Shown here in pieces: positions 57,379 to 64,000 of a DNA stretch of 64,000 bases; within the stretch, counting starts at the first letter, position 1; each line of letters begins with the position of its first letter. The stretch comes from an uncultured bacterium (GTDB lineage: Bacteria; Margulisbacteria; WOR-1; XYC2-FULL-46-14). The position numbers were made by a program, and so were the translations under genes. The DNA is taken from the NCBI GenBank assembly GCA_964421245.1, contig CAYQVW010000009.1:1404-65403 (forward strand). Direction: 5' to 3'. The notes under the pieces were generated by a model. The model ran no database searches. It had not been told where the DNA came from and saw only the letters and a list, made by a program, of their open reading frames with translations.

Positions 57379-59699
57379 CCAATTACAATATTAACCATCT
57401 TCTTTGGAATGTAGATAATTTTGCGGATTTGTTTGCCTGTAGTAAATTTCTGAACCTTTTCTGACTTTTGCGCTAATTCTTTGATTTGATCCTCTTTAGC
57501 ATCAGCCGAAACAGTAATAGCATCTCTTCTCTTTCCGTTTACAGAAACTGGAATCTCAATCTCTGACTCAACAATCATCTTTGGATCAAACTTCGGCCAT
57601 TGCTGTTTATGAATTGAATCTTTGTGGCCAAGCTCCTTCCATAGTTCTTCTGTTGTAAAAGGTGCATAGGGGGAAAGCAGGATAAGAAAAGTGTCTAGGG
57701 TCAAGGGGCAAGGGTCAAGTTTTGCACTATTAATAGTATTGAGTAATTCCATCATCTTAGCAATCGCAGTATTAAACGAAAATCTTTCTATGTCCTCTGT
57801 AACGGCCTTAATTGTTTGATGTAATTTTTTGGATATTTGAATTTTAGATTTAGAATTTGTTTCGGATTTCGGATTTCGTGCTTCGGATTTCTCTGAAACG
57901 AGTCTTCTAACGCGGTTAAGGAATCTATATACTCCTTCAACTCCCTTATCCGACCATTCCAGTTCGCGCTCAGGAGGAGCTGCAAATAAAATAAATAAAC
58001 GAGCACTATCTGCTCCATACTTTTTAATAATATCGTTTGGATCAACAACATTCCCCTTCGACTTTGACATCTTAGCCCCATCTTTTATAACCATTCCTTG
58101 AGTAAAAAGGTTAGTAAAAGGCTCGTCACTTGAAACTAAACCAAGATCGTAAACAACTTTAGTAAAAAAACGAGAATACAACAAATGCAAAATAGCATGT
58201 TCAACGCCACCAATATATTGATCAACCGGCATATACTTATCAACTTTATCTTTTGCGAAAGCTTGTTTAGAATTTTTTGGGTCACAATAGCGAAGGTAAT
58301 ACCAGGACGAACAAATAAAGGTATCCATAGTATCGGTCTCTCTCTTGGCAGAACCACCACACTTTGGACATTTAGCATCACTAAAAGATTTTGAAGATGC
58401 TAACGGAGACGTCCCCTCGCCAGTAAATTTAATATCTCGCGGAAGCTTAACCGGTAAATCTTTGTCGGCAACAGGAACTGTCCCGCATTTATCGCAATAC
58501 ACAATTGGAATAGGAGCTCCCCAATATCTTTGGCGAGAAATCAACCAATCACGCAGCCTAAAATTAGTCTTCCACTCCCCCACTCCTTTTTCCACCAACC
58601 AGTCGCCAATCTTTTTCGACCCTTCGGAACTTGGCAAGCCATCAAACTGCGCCGAGTTAACCATTGTGCCTTCGTCAACATAAGCCTGTTCGCTGTTCCC
58701 GCCTTTTATAACTGTTTTAACTGGTAATTTATTTTGCGTAGCAAACTCGAAGTCCCGCTGATCATGTGCTGGAACTGCCATTACCGCACCAGTTCCATAT
58801 TCCATTAATACATAATCTGATACCCAAATCGGAATCTTCTCATTATTTGCAGGATTAATTGCATAGGCACCGGTAAAAACACCATCCTTAGCTATTTTTT
58901 CTTCTCTCTCGCTCAAAGTCTCATGCTTTACTTTTTCTTGATACTCTTTTACCATCTTTTCTTGCTCAGTCCCTTTGGACAACTCTCGAACCATTGGATG
59001 CTCCGGCGCCAAAGTCATGTAGGTTACTCCAAACAAAGTATCTGGACGGGTCGTGTAAATAGAAAGTTGTGAGTCGTTAGTTGTCAGTTGGAAGTTAATT
59101 CGCACTCCCTTCGATTTCCCTATCCAATTCCTCTGCATTGTTTTAACATTCTCCGGCCAGCCAGATAGCTTATCTATATCCTTTAAAAGCCGATTGGCAT
59201 AATCGGTAATCTTTAAAAACCACTGCTCAAGTTTCTTCTTTTCAACCAAAGAATCACAACGCCAGCACTTTCCTTCTTTGACCTGTTCATTGGCCAAAAC
59301 AGTGGCACACCTTGGACAAAAATTTACTGAGGCAGCCTTTTTATAAGCTAAACCTTTCTTATAAAACTGAAGGAAGAGCCATTGAGTCCATTTATAATAA
59401 TCTTCTTTACAAGTTGTAACCTCTCGGTCCCAATCGTAGGAAATACCAAGTGATTTAATCTGTTTGGTCATATCTTCAATACACTTTTGTGTCCACTCTG
59501 CCGGATGGGTTTTGTGTTTAATTGCAGCATTCTCTGCCGGAAGACCAAAAGCATCCCAACCAATTGGGTAGATTACCTCAAACCCCTGCATTCTCTTGTA
59601 ACGAGCGAGGACATCACCAATAGCATAGTTTCGAACATGCCCCATGTGAAGATTTCCAGAGGGGTACGGGAACATTACTAAGTCATAATACTTTTTCAT
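57375..59699 (-). CDS. leuS: Leucine--tRNA ligase
   Basis: [33 protein letters not shown] (HMGH), KMSKSKGN. Contains two in-frame low-complexity repeat insertions. Confidence 0.9.
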   Translation of the reverse strand: MKKYYDLVMFPYPSGNLHMGHVRNYAIGDVLARYKRMQGFEVIYPIGWDAFGLPAENAAIKHKTHPAEWTQKCIEDMTKQIKSLGISYDWDREVTTCKEDYYKWTQWLFLQFYKKGLAYKKAASVNFCPRCATVLANEQVKEGKCWRCDSLVEKKKLEQWFLKITDYANRLLKDIDKLSGWPENVKTMQRNWIGKSKGVRINFQLTTNDSQLSIYTTRPDTLFGVTYMTLAPEHPMVRELSKGTEQEKMVKEYQEKVKHETLSEREEKIAKDGVFTGAYAINPANNEKIPIWVSDYVLMEYGTGAVMAVPAHDQRDFEFATQNKLPVKTVIKGGNSEQAYVDEGTMVNSAQFDGLPSSEGSKKIGDWLVEKGVGEWKTNFRLRDWLISRQRYWGAPIPIVYCDKCGTVPVADKDLPVKLPRDIKFTGEGTSPLASSKSFSDAKCPKCGGSAKRETDTMDTFICSSWYYLRYCDPKNSKQAFAKDKVDKYMPVDQYIGGVEHAILHLLYSRFFTKVVYDLGLVSSDEPFTNLFTQGMVIKDGAKMSKSKGNVVDPNDIIKKYGADSARLFILFAAPPERELEWSDKGVEGVYRFLNRVRRLVSEKSEARNPKSETNSKSKIQISKKLHQTIKAVTEDIERFSFNTAIAKMMELLNTINSAKLDPCPLTLDTFLILLSPYAPFTTEELWKELGHKDSIHKQQWPKFDPKMIVESEIEIPVSVNGKRRDAITVSADAKEDQIKELAQKSEKVQKFTTGKQIRKIIYIPKKMVNIVIG
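57696..57719. repeat. (GGTCAAG)n array inside leuS, opposite orientation relative to the gene
   Basis: tagggtcaaggggcaagggtcaag on plus strand; gene strand cttgacccttgccccttgaccc encodes LDPCPLTLD. Confidence 0.75.
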
Positions 59700-62569
59700 C
59701 TTCTGCGGCCGGGTTTGCGAGGAGTCTTTCTCATATCTCCTGATTCATTCGAATCTTTGTCTCCACGTACAAATTTGTCTTCTGCCTTAGTTTTAGTTTT
59801 TTCCTTTTCCTTCTTTTTTACTTGTGCTTTTCCGATTTTTTCAAAGACAATCTTATTATCTTTAATTTTTGCTCCGACCTTGTCCCCCGAGCCAAACTTA
59901 GTTGCAATAATATCATTTGATAAAGGGTTTTCTATCAAGCGTTGAACCGCACGCCGAAGTGGACGTGCTCCAAACTTCGGATCATATCCTTCTTTAACTA
60001 CTTTCTCATAAACCTGATCAGATATCTCAAGCTGCATCTCTTGATTCTCAACATTTTTTTGTACATCAGAAAGCATGATCTTGGCAATCTTCTTTAAATC
60101 TTCATCAGTTAATTCGTGAAACACAATAATTTCATCAATCCTGTTTAAAAACTCCGGACGAAAACCCCTCTTCATCTCGTCCATTACTGTCTGCTTCATC
60201 GTCTCATAGGTGTGTTCACGATTTTCAGAAGACATAAAACCAATCGGCCCCTGCGAAATAATCATCTTTTGCCCAATATTGGAAGTCATAACGATTACAC
60301 AGTTTTTAAAATCAACCGTGCGCCCTTTTGAATCTGTGACCCTACCATCTTCTAACACTTGCAAAAGAACATTGAATACATCCGGATGGGCTTTTTCAAT
60401 TTCATCAAAAAGAATTACAGAATATGGTTTACGACGTACTGCTTCGGTTAACTTTCCACCCTCTTCATAACCGACATATCCAGGAGGTGCTCCAATTAAA
60501 CGAGAGACAGAGTGTTTTTCCATAAACTCTGACATATCAATTCTAATCATTGCGTCCATCGTTCCAAACATAAATTCGGCCAAGCGCCTGGCAACTTCTG
60601 TTTTTCCAACACCAGTTGGCCCGGCAAAAACAAACGATCCAATTGGGCGCTGCGGTGGTTTGAGCCCGGCTCTGCCTCTCCTAATTGCTTGAGAAATAGC
60701 AACCAAGGCCTCTTCTTGACCAATAACCCGCTCTTTTAATTTCTCTTCCATATTGGTAAGCTTTTCTGATTCTGCTTTTGAAAGCTTAACAACCGGAATG
60801 CCAGTCCAGTCAGAGACAACCTCGGCTACATCCTCTTCTGTTAGAACAAGCGATTGGTCGTGATGGCTCTTCCATTTTTTCTCAAGATCTTTTACCTTCT
60901 TATCAACTGCATTAATTCTGTCACGCAGGGTCGCTGCCTTTTCGTATTTTTGGGTGCTTAACGCTTCTGCTTTTTCTTTCCTAACTTCTTCCAATTCTTT
61001 GCGAGCTTGCTTAAGTTCTGTCGATGTATCTACTTTCTTCAAACGAACTTTAGCAGAGGCCTCATCCATTACATCAATTGCCTTATCGGGCAAGAAACGA
61101 TCAGAAATATATCTGTCAGAAAGAGAGACCGCAGCCTCTATTGCTGCGTCTGGAATTTTTATTCGATGAAATTCTTCATATTTTCCACGAATACCCTCTA
61201 ATATATCAACCGCAAACTCAACTGTCGGTTCATTAACCATAACCGGTTGAAAACGACGTTCAAGCGCCGCGTCTTTTTCAATATTTTTACGATATTCATC
61301 TACTGTAGTTGCACCGACAACCTGTAACTCTCCTCGAGCTAGCGGAGGCTTTAGCATATTAGCAGCATCAATCGCACCTTCAGCGCCTCCAGCTCCAACT
61401 AAAGTATGTAATTCATCTATAAAGAGAATAATCTGGCGTTTCTTTGCCAAAATTTCATCAACCAACTTCTTAACCCGGGCTTCAAATTCACCACGATATT
61501 TAGTTCCAGCAACCATACCACCAAGATCTAGGGCAATGATTTTTTTATCTTTTAATACATCCGGAACTTCTCCGGCAATTATACGATTAGCCAAACCTTC
61601 AACGATTGCGGTTTTACCAACACCAGGATCTCCCATTAAAACCGGATTGTTTTTTGTTCGTCTTGAGAGAATCCTAATTACTCGCTCAATCTCTTTTTCA
61701 CGATTTACAACTGGATCCAGTCTTCCCTGTCTGGAATCTTCGGTTAAATCTCTTCCGTAGGTCGACAAAGCTTGTTTGCGCGCTGGGGCCTTGGTTCCAA
61801 TACCGCCCATTTGACCAAATGGCATTCCACCAAAAAATCCACTCTGTGGCCCCATATCTTCACCTTCACCAAAACCACCAACTTCTTCCGGAGAACTTTC
61901 ATCGAACGAATCAGGTCCAAGCATACCTTTTACATCTCCTTCTTGAAGCTGATGAATTAATTCATTCACAACCTTATCAAAGTTGAGTTTTCTCTTTTGC
62001 AATGCCTGGGCCGCAATTGAATTTCCCTCTCTTATTAATCCAAGCAAAATATGTTCTGCCTCAACCATCGGAGCTCCTAATTCTTTTGCAATATTATAAG
62101 ACAGCTCAAGAACCTTTTTAGCACGAGGAGAGAGAGTAATTTCAGCTGAGGCTTTCTCCCCTCTACCAATTAGGGATTCAATTTCTGAAAAAATATCAAC
62201 CAAGTCTACCTTTAGGGCTTCTAAGGTCTTATAGGCAATGCCCTCTTCTTTTATTAAACCAAGTATTAAGTGCTCTGGGGTTAGATGGTCATGAAAAAGA
62301 CGAGTTGCTTCTTCCTTTGCCAAGTGAATAACCTTTTGAGAAGAGTCGCCAAAATAATCATAAATTCTATCTGCTGGACGTCGTTTAAACATTGATGCAA
62401 AAATATCGGGAATTTCAAAAAAGCCTGGAAAACCAAATTCTTCCGGCATAAAGCCAAACTTCTCTGCACATTCGGTACAAAGATGTTTGACCAACTTCTT
62501 ATTATTAACTACTTTTGTAACATGAACTGTTGCAGGATTAACATGACAGCTCTCACACATCATTACCAT
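59696..62569 (-). CDS. clpC: ClpC/ClpA-type AAA+ chaperone with N-terminal ClpX-like C4 zinc ribbon, Gly/Phe-rich linker and basic C-terminal tail
   Basis: Two Walker A sites ([15 protein letters not shown]; [15 protein letters not shown]). Clp_N repeats. Short UVR-like middle domain. N-terminal CESC...(17)...[31 protein letters not shown] linker. [11 protein letters not shown]...RKPGRRR tail. Confidence 0.85.
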   Translation of the reverse strand: MVMMCESCHVNPATVHVTKVVNNKKLVKHLCTECAEKFGFMPEEFGFPGFFEIPDIFASMFKRRPADRIYDYFGDSSQKVIHLAKEEATRLFHDHLTPEHLILGLIKEEGIAYKTLEALKVDLVDIFSEIESLIGRGEKASAEITLSPRAKKVLELSYNIAKELGAPMVEAEHILLGLIREGNSIAAQALQKRKLNFDKVVNELIHQLQEGDVKGMLGPDSFDESSPEEVGGFGEGEDMGPQSGFFGGMPFGQMGGIGTKAPARKQALSTYGRDLTEDSRQGRLDPVVNREKEIERVIRILSRRTKNNPVLMGDPGVGKTAIVEGLANRIIAGEVPDVLKDKKIIALDLGGMVAGTKYRGEFEARVKKLVDEILAKKRQIILFIDELHTLVGAGGAEGAIDAANMLKPPLARGELQVVGATTVDEYRKNIEKDAALERRFQPVMVNEPTVEFAVDILEGIRGKYEEFHRIKIPDAAIEAAVSLSDRYISDRFLPDKAIDVMDEASAKVRLKKVDTSTELKQARKELEEVRKEKAEALSTQKYEKAATLRDRINAVDKKVKDLEKKWKSHHDQSLVLTEEDVAEVVSDWTGIPVVKLSKAESEKLTNMEEKLKERVIGQEEALVAISQAIRRGRAGLKPPQRPIGSFVFAGPTGVGKTEVARRLAEFMFGTMDAMIRIDMSEFMEKHSVSRLIGAPPGYVGYEEGGKLTEAVRRKPYSVILFDEIEKAHPDVFNVLLQVLEDGRVTDSKGRTVDFKNCVIVMTSNIGQKMIISQGPIGFMSSENREHTYETMKQTVMDEMKRGFRPEFLNRIDEIIVFHELTDEDLKKIAKIMLSDVQKNVENQEMQLEISDQVYEKVVKEGYDPKFGARPLRRAVQRLIENPLSNDIIATKFGSGDKVGAKIKDNKIVFEKIGKAQVKKKEKEKTKTKAEDKFVRGDKDSNESGDMRKTPRKPGRRR

Positions 62570-62587
62570 CTAGCTAGAATCCTCCCT

Positions 62588-62605
62588 GCCTGCCGGCCGG
62601 CAGGC
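62588..62605. promoter_or_regulatory. 18-bp perfect GC-rich palindrome in the clpC 5' leader
   Basis: GCCTGCCGGCCGGCAGGC between the clpC RBS (GGGAGGA) and an adjacent TTCAAAcataTTTGAA inverted repeat. Confidence 0.5.
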
Positions 62606-62701
62606 TTCAAACATATTTGAAACTATAATTATAGTAGTTTTATAGAACATCCACAAGAGTATTCTTTACAAATAATAGCAAACTGTTATAATATCAGAAT
62701 T

Positions 62702-62968
62702 ATGATAATAACATTACAACTTATATTGTTCATATCCGGTATTGTAAGTCTTCTTTCCGGGATTTTTATGATTCTCTTCCTTCAAGGCTTTATCGATTTT
62801 AACCAAAGAATAAGCAACAAATATTTTATCCCTTCCCAAAAGCCAAATAGAAAAGAAATATCCATTATTCAAGATCTTATTACTTCAAACGGTAAAGTTA
62901 CAGGCATCCTATTAATCACCCTGGGATGTTATTTCATTTATAGCCTAAGCCAATTACTATTTGTCTGA
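62702..62968 (+). CDS. Small two-TM membrane protein (paralog 1)
   Basis: 88 aa, TM-loop-TM. Similar in architecture and sequence to the next ORF. Confidence 0.4.
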   Translation: MIITLQLILFISGIVSLLSGIFMILFLQGFIDFNQRISNKYFIPSQKPNRKEISIIQDLITSNGKVTGILLITLGCYFIYSLSQLLFV

Positions 62969-63001
62969 TTTATACCTTATTTTTCTGATATAATCTAGAT
63001 T

Positions 63002-63277
63002 ATGGATTCAATTATCGCTGTTTTTAAATTTATCATGCTTTTTTCTGGTTGTTTAAGTCTCTTTCTTGGGGTTACAATGTTCTTTTTTATTAAAAGTTTT
63101 CCCCAATTTGAAAAAACGCTTGAAAAAATGCATTTGCTACACCATTCTGTCCCTTATGCCAAAACTCGTAATTTTATTTACAGCCTCTTCTTCTCGCATC
63201 GTTTTATTACATCAACTATATTGATACTCTTGGGTGTATTTCTTTTGGCAAGCTTCGCAAAAGTAGCTGGAAATTAG
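63002..63277 (+). CDS. Small two-TM membrane protein (paralog 2)
   Basis: 91 aa. FIMLFSGCLSLFLGV / ILILLGVFLLASF parallel the preceding ORF; tandem duplication. Confidence 0.4.
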   Translation: MDSIIAVFKFIMLFSGCLSLFLGVTMFFFIKSFPQFEKTLEKMHLLHHSVPYAKTRNFIYSLFFSHRFITSTILILLGVFLLASFAKVAGN

Positions 63278-64000
63278 AGACCGACTCTGATTACATTATC
63301 CACTCTTTGAACAACTGATAGCTTTTTGATTTTAGAGAGCGCACGTTTAAAGTTGCCTTCGATCACATTGTGGAGAATAATTATTAAAGGAACATATTTG
63401 CCTCTGGTCTCTTTTTGAAAAACGGTCTGGATACTTACCTTCTCTTTACCAAAAACATCAGAAATTTTTGCCAAAACGCCGACTGTGTCAGGAACGGTTA
63501 AATGAACATAATATCTGCTCTTAATTTTTGCAATATCTTTAATTTTTGCCCGTGTTAGAACCTTACTCGGAGCCTCTCTTTTTTGAGTTAAAATAATATC
63601 GTTTACCACAGCTGAGGAAGTAGGTGCACCTCCCGCTCCCTGTCCATAAAACATTAGATCTCCTACCGCATCCCCCTTAATATACATAGCATTCATCGGT
63701 CCAGATACGGAAGCCAGGGCATGTTCTTTTGGAAGCATGGTTGGATAAACATGGACCTCAAGTTTTCCCTCATTCTGTTTTGCAACTGCCAAAAGCTTGA
63801 TAGCGTATCCAATCCCACTAGCATAAGAAATATCATCCTGAGTTATTTTTGTAATCCCTTCAAAGTAAACGTCATCAAAATCAACATGAACACCAAAAGC
63901 CATTAAAGCTAAAAGAACTGCCTTATAGGCTGCATCATATCCTTCTACATCATTTTTAGGATTAGGCTCTGCATATCCCAAATCCTGTGCTTTCTTGAGC
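63274..64000 (-). CDS. hom: Homoserine dehydrogenase, C-terminal part (catalytic plus ACT domain); continues beyond window end
   Basis: GYAEPNPKNDVEGYDAAYKAVLLA...LPKEHALASV.G..NA ... ACT-like C-terminus YVHLTVPDTVGVLAKISDVFG. Reading frame stays open upstream of 63981 (..KKAQDLGYAE). Confidence 0.8.
   Translation of the reverse strand, partial: LKKAQDLGYAEPNPKNDVEGYDAAYKAVLLALMAFGVHVDFDDVYFEGITKITQDDISYASGIGYAIKLLAVAKQNEGKLEVHVYPTMLPKEHALASVSGPMNAMYIKGDAVGDLMFYGQGAGGAPTSSAVVNDIILTQKREAPSKVLTRAKIKDIAKIKSRYYVHLTVPDTVGVLAKISDVFGKEKVSIQTVFQKETRGKYVPLIIILHNVIEGNFKRALSKIKKLSVVQRVDNVIRVGL

Overview
This is an AT-rich bacterial window of about 64 kb with tightly packed, often overlapping genes and many ATGA stop/start couplings. 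It looks like a streamlined genome from an uncultivated lineage; taxonomy cannot be fixed from sequence alone. Most of the window is housekeeping: a partial typA, engB, nadB, mutL, leuS, clpC, a partial hom, and a roughly 13-kb same-strand run (ispH, cimA, lysA, cdaA, panB, tRNA-Arg, aroK, aroB, tyrS, ispF, pdxJ, rpiB, an NDP-sugar pyrophosphorylase, panD, an M23 peptidase, thiE). There are three tRNAs (Asn-GTT, Gln-CTG, Arg-CCT) and several archaeal-type enzymes (pyruvoyl-dependent arginine decarboxylase, a DhnA/LsrF-type class I aldolase, citramalate synthase). Accessory content is:
- A 1616-aa surface protein (Pmp-type beta-helix repeats, four Big_5-like Ig repeats, two InlB-B-like repeats, two FN3 domains, a T9SS/FlgD-Ig-like C-terminal domain) translationally coupled to a beta-barrel that I could only place loosely in the PorV/PorQ family.
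- A cAMP signalling island: membrane GAF-histidine kinase, CheY-like regulator, regulator fused to an adenylate cyclase, a Cys-rich unknown, a cytoplasmic GAF-histidine kinase, and a convergent class II phosphodiesterase.
- A CheD-like deamidase fusion beside an ArsR-like regulator with two tandem 17-bp palindromic operators.
- A nine-gene operon: DUF1622, pyruvoyl ArgDC, two radical SAM enzymes, YggS, an AlaDH-family dehydrogenase, KamA-like lysine 2,3-aminomutase, and an unknown.

The most unusual signal is a dispersed (CTTGACC)n heptamer tandem repeat inserted in frame into at least six conserved housekeeping genes, recurrently encoding RVKGQxxRVK. A GC-rich palindromic element family (ctgcct..gccggc..ggcagg) also occurs both upstream of clpC and in frame inside a coding gene. 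No CRISPR array, rRNA or intact mobile element was seen. My hand-counted coordinates may be off by 1-2 nt in places.
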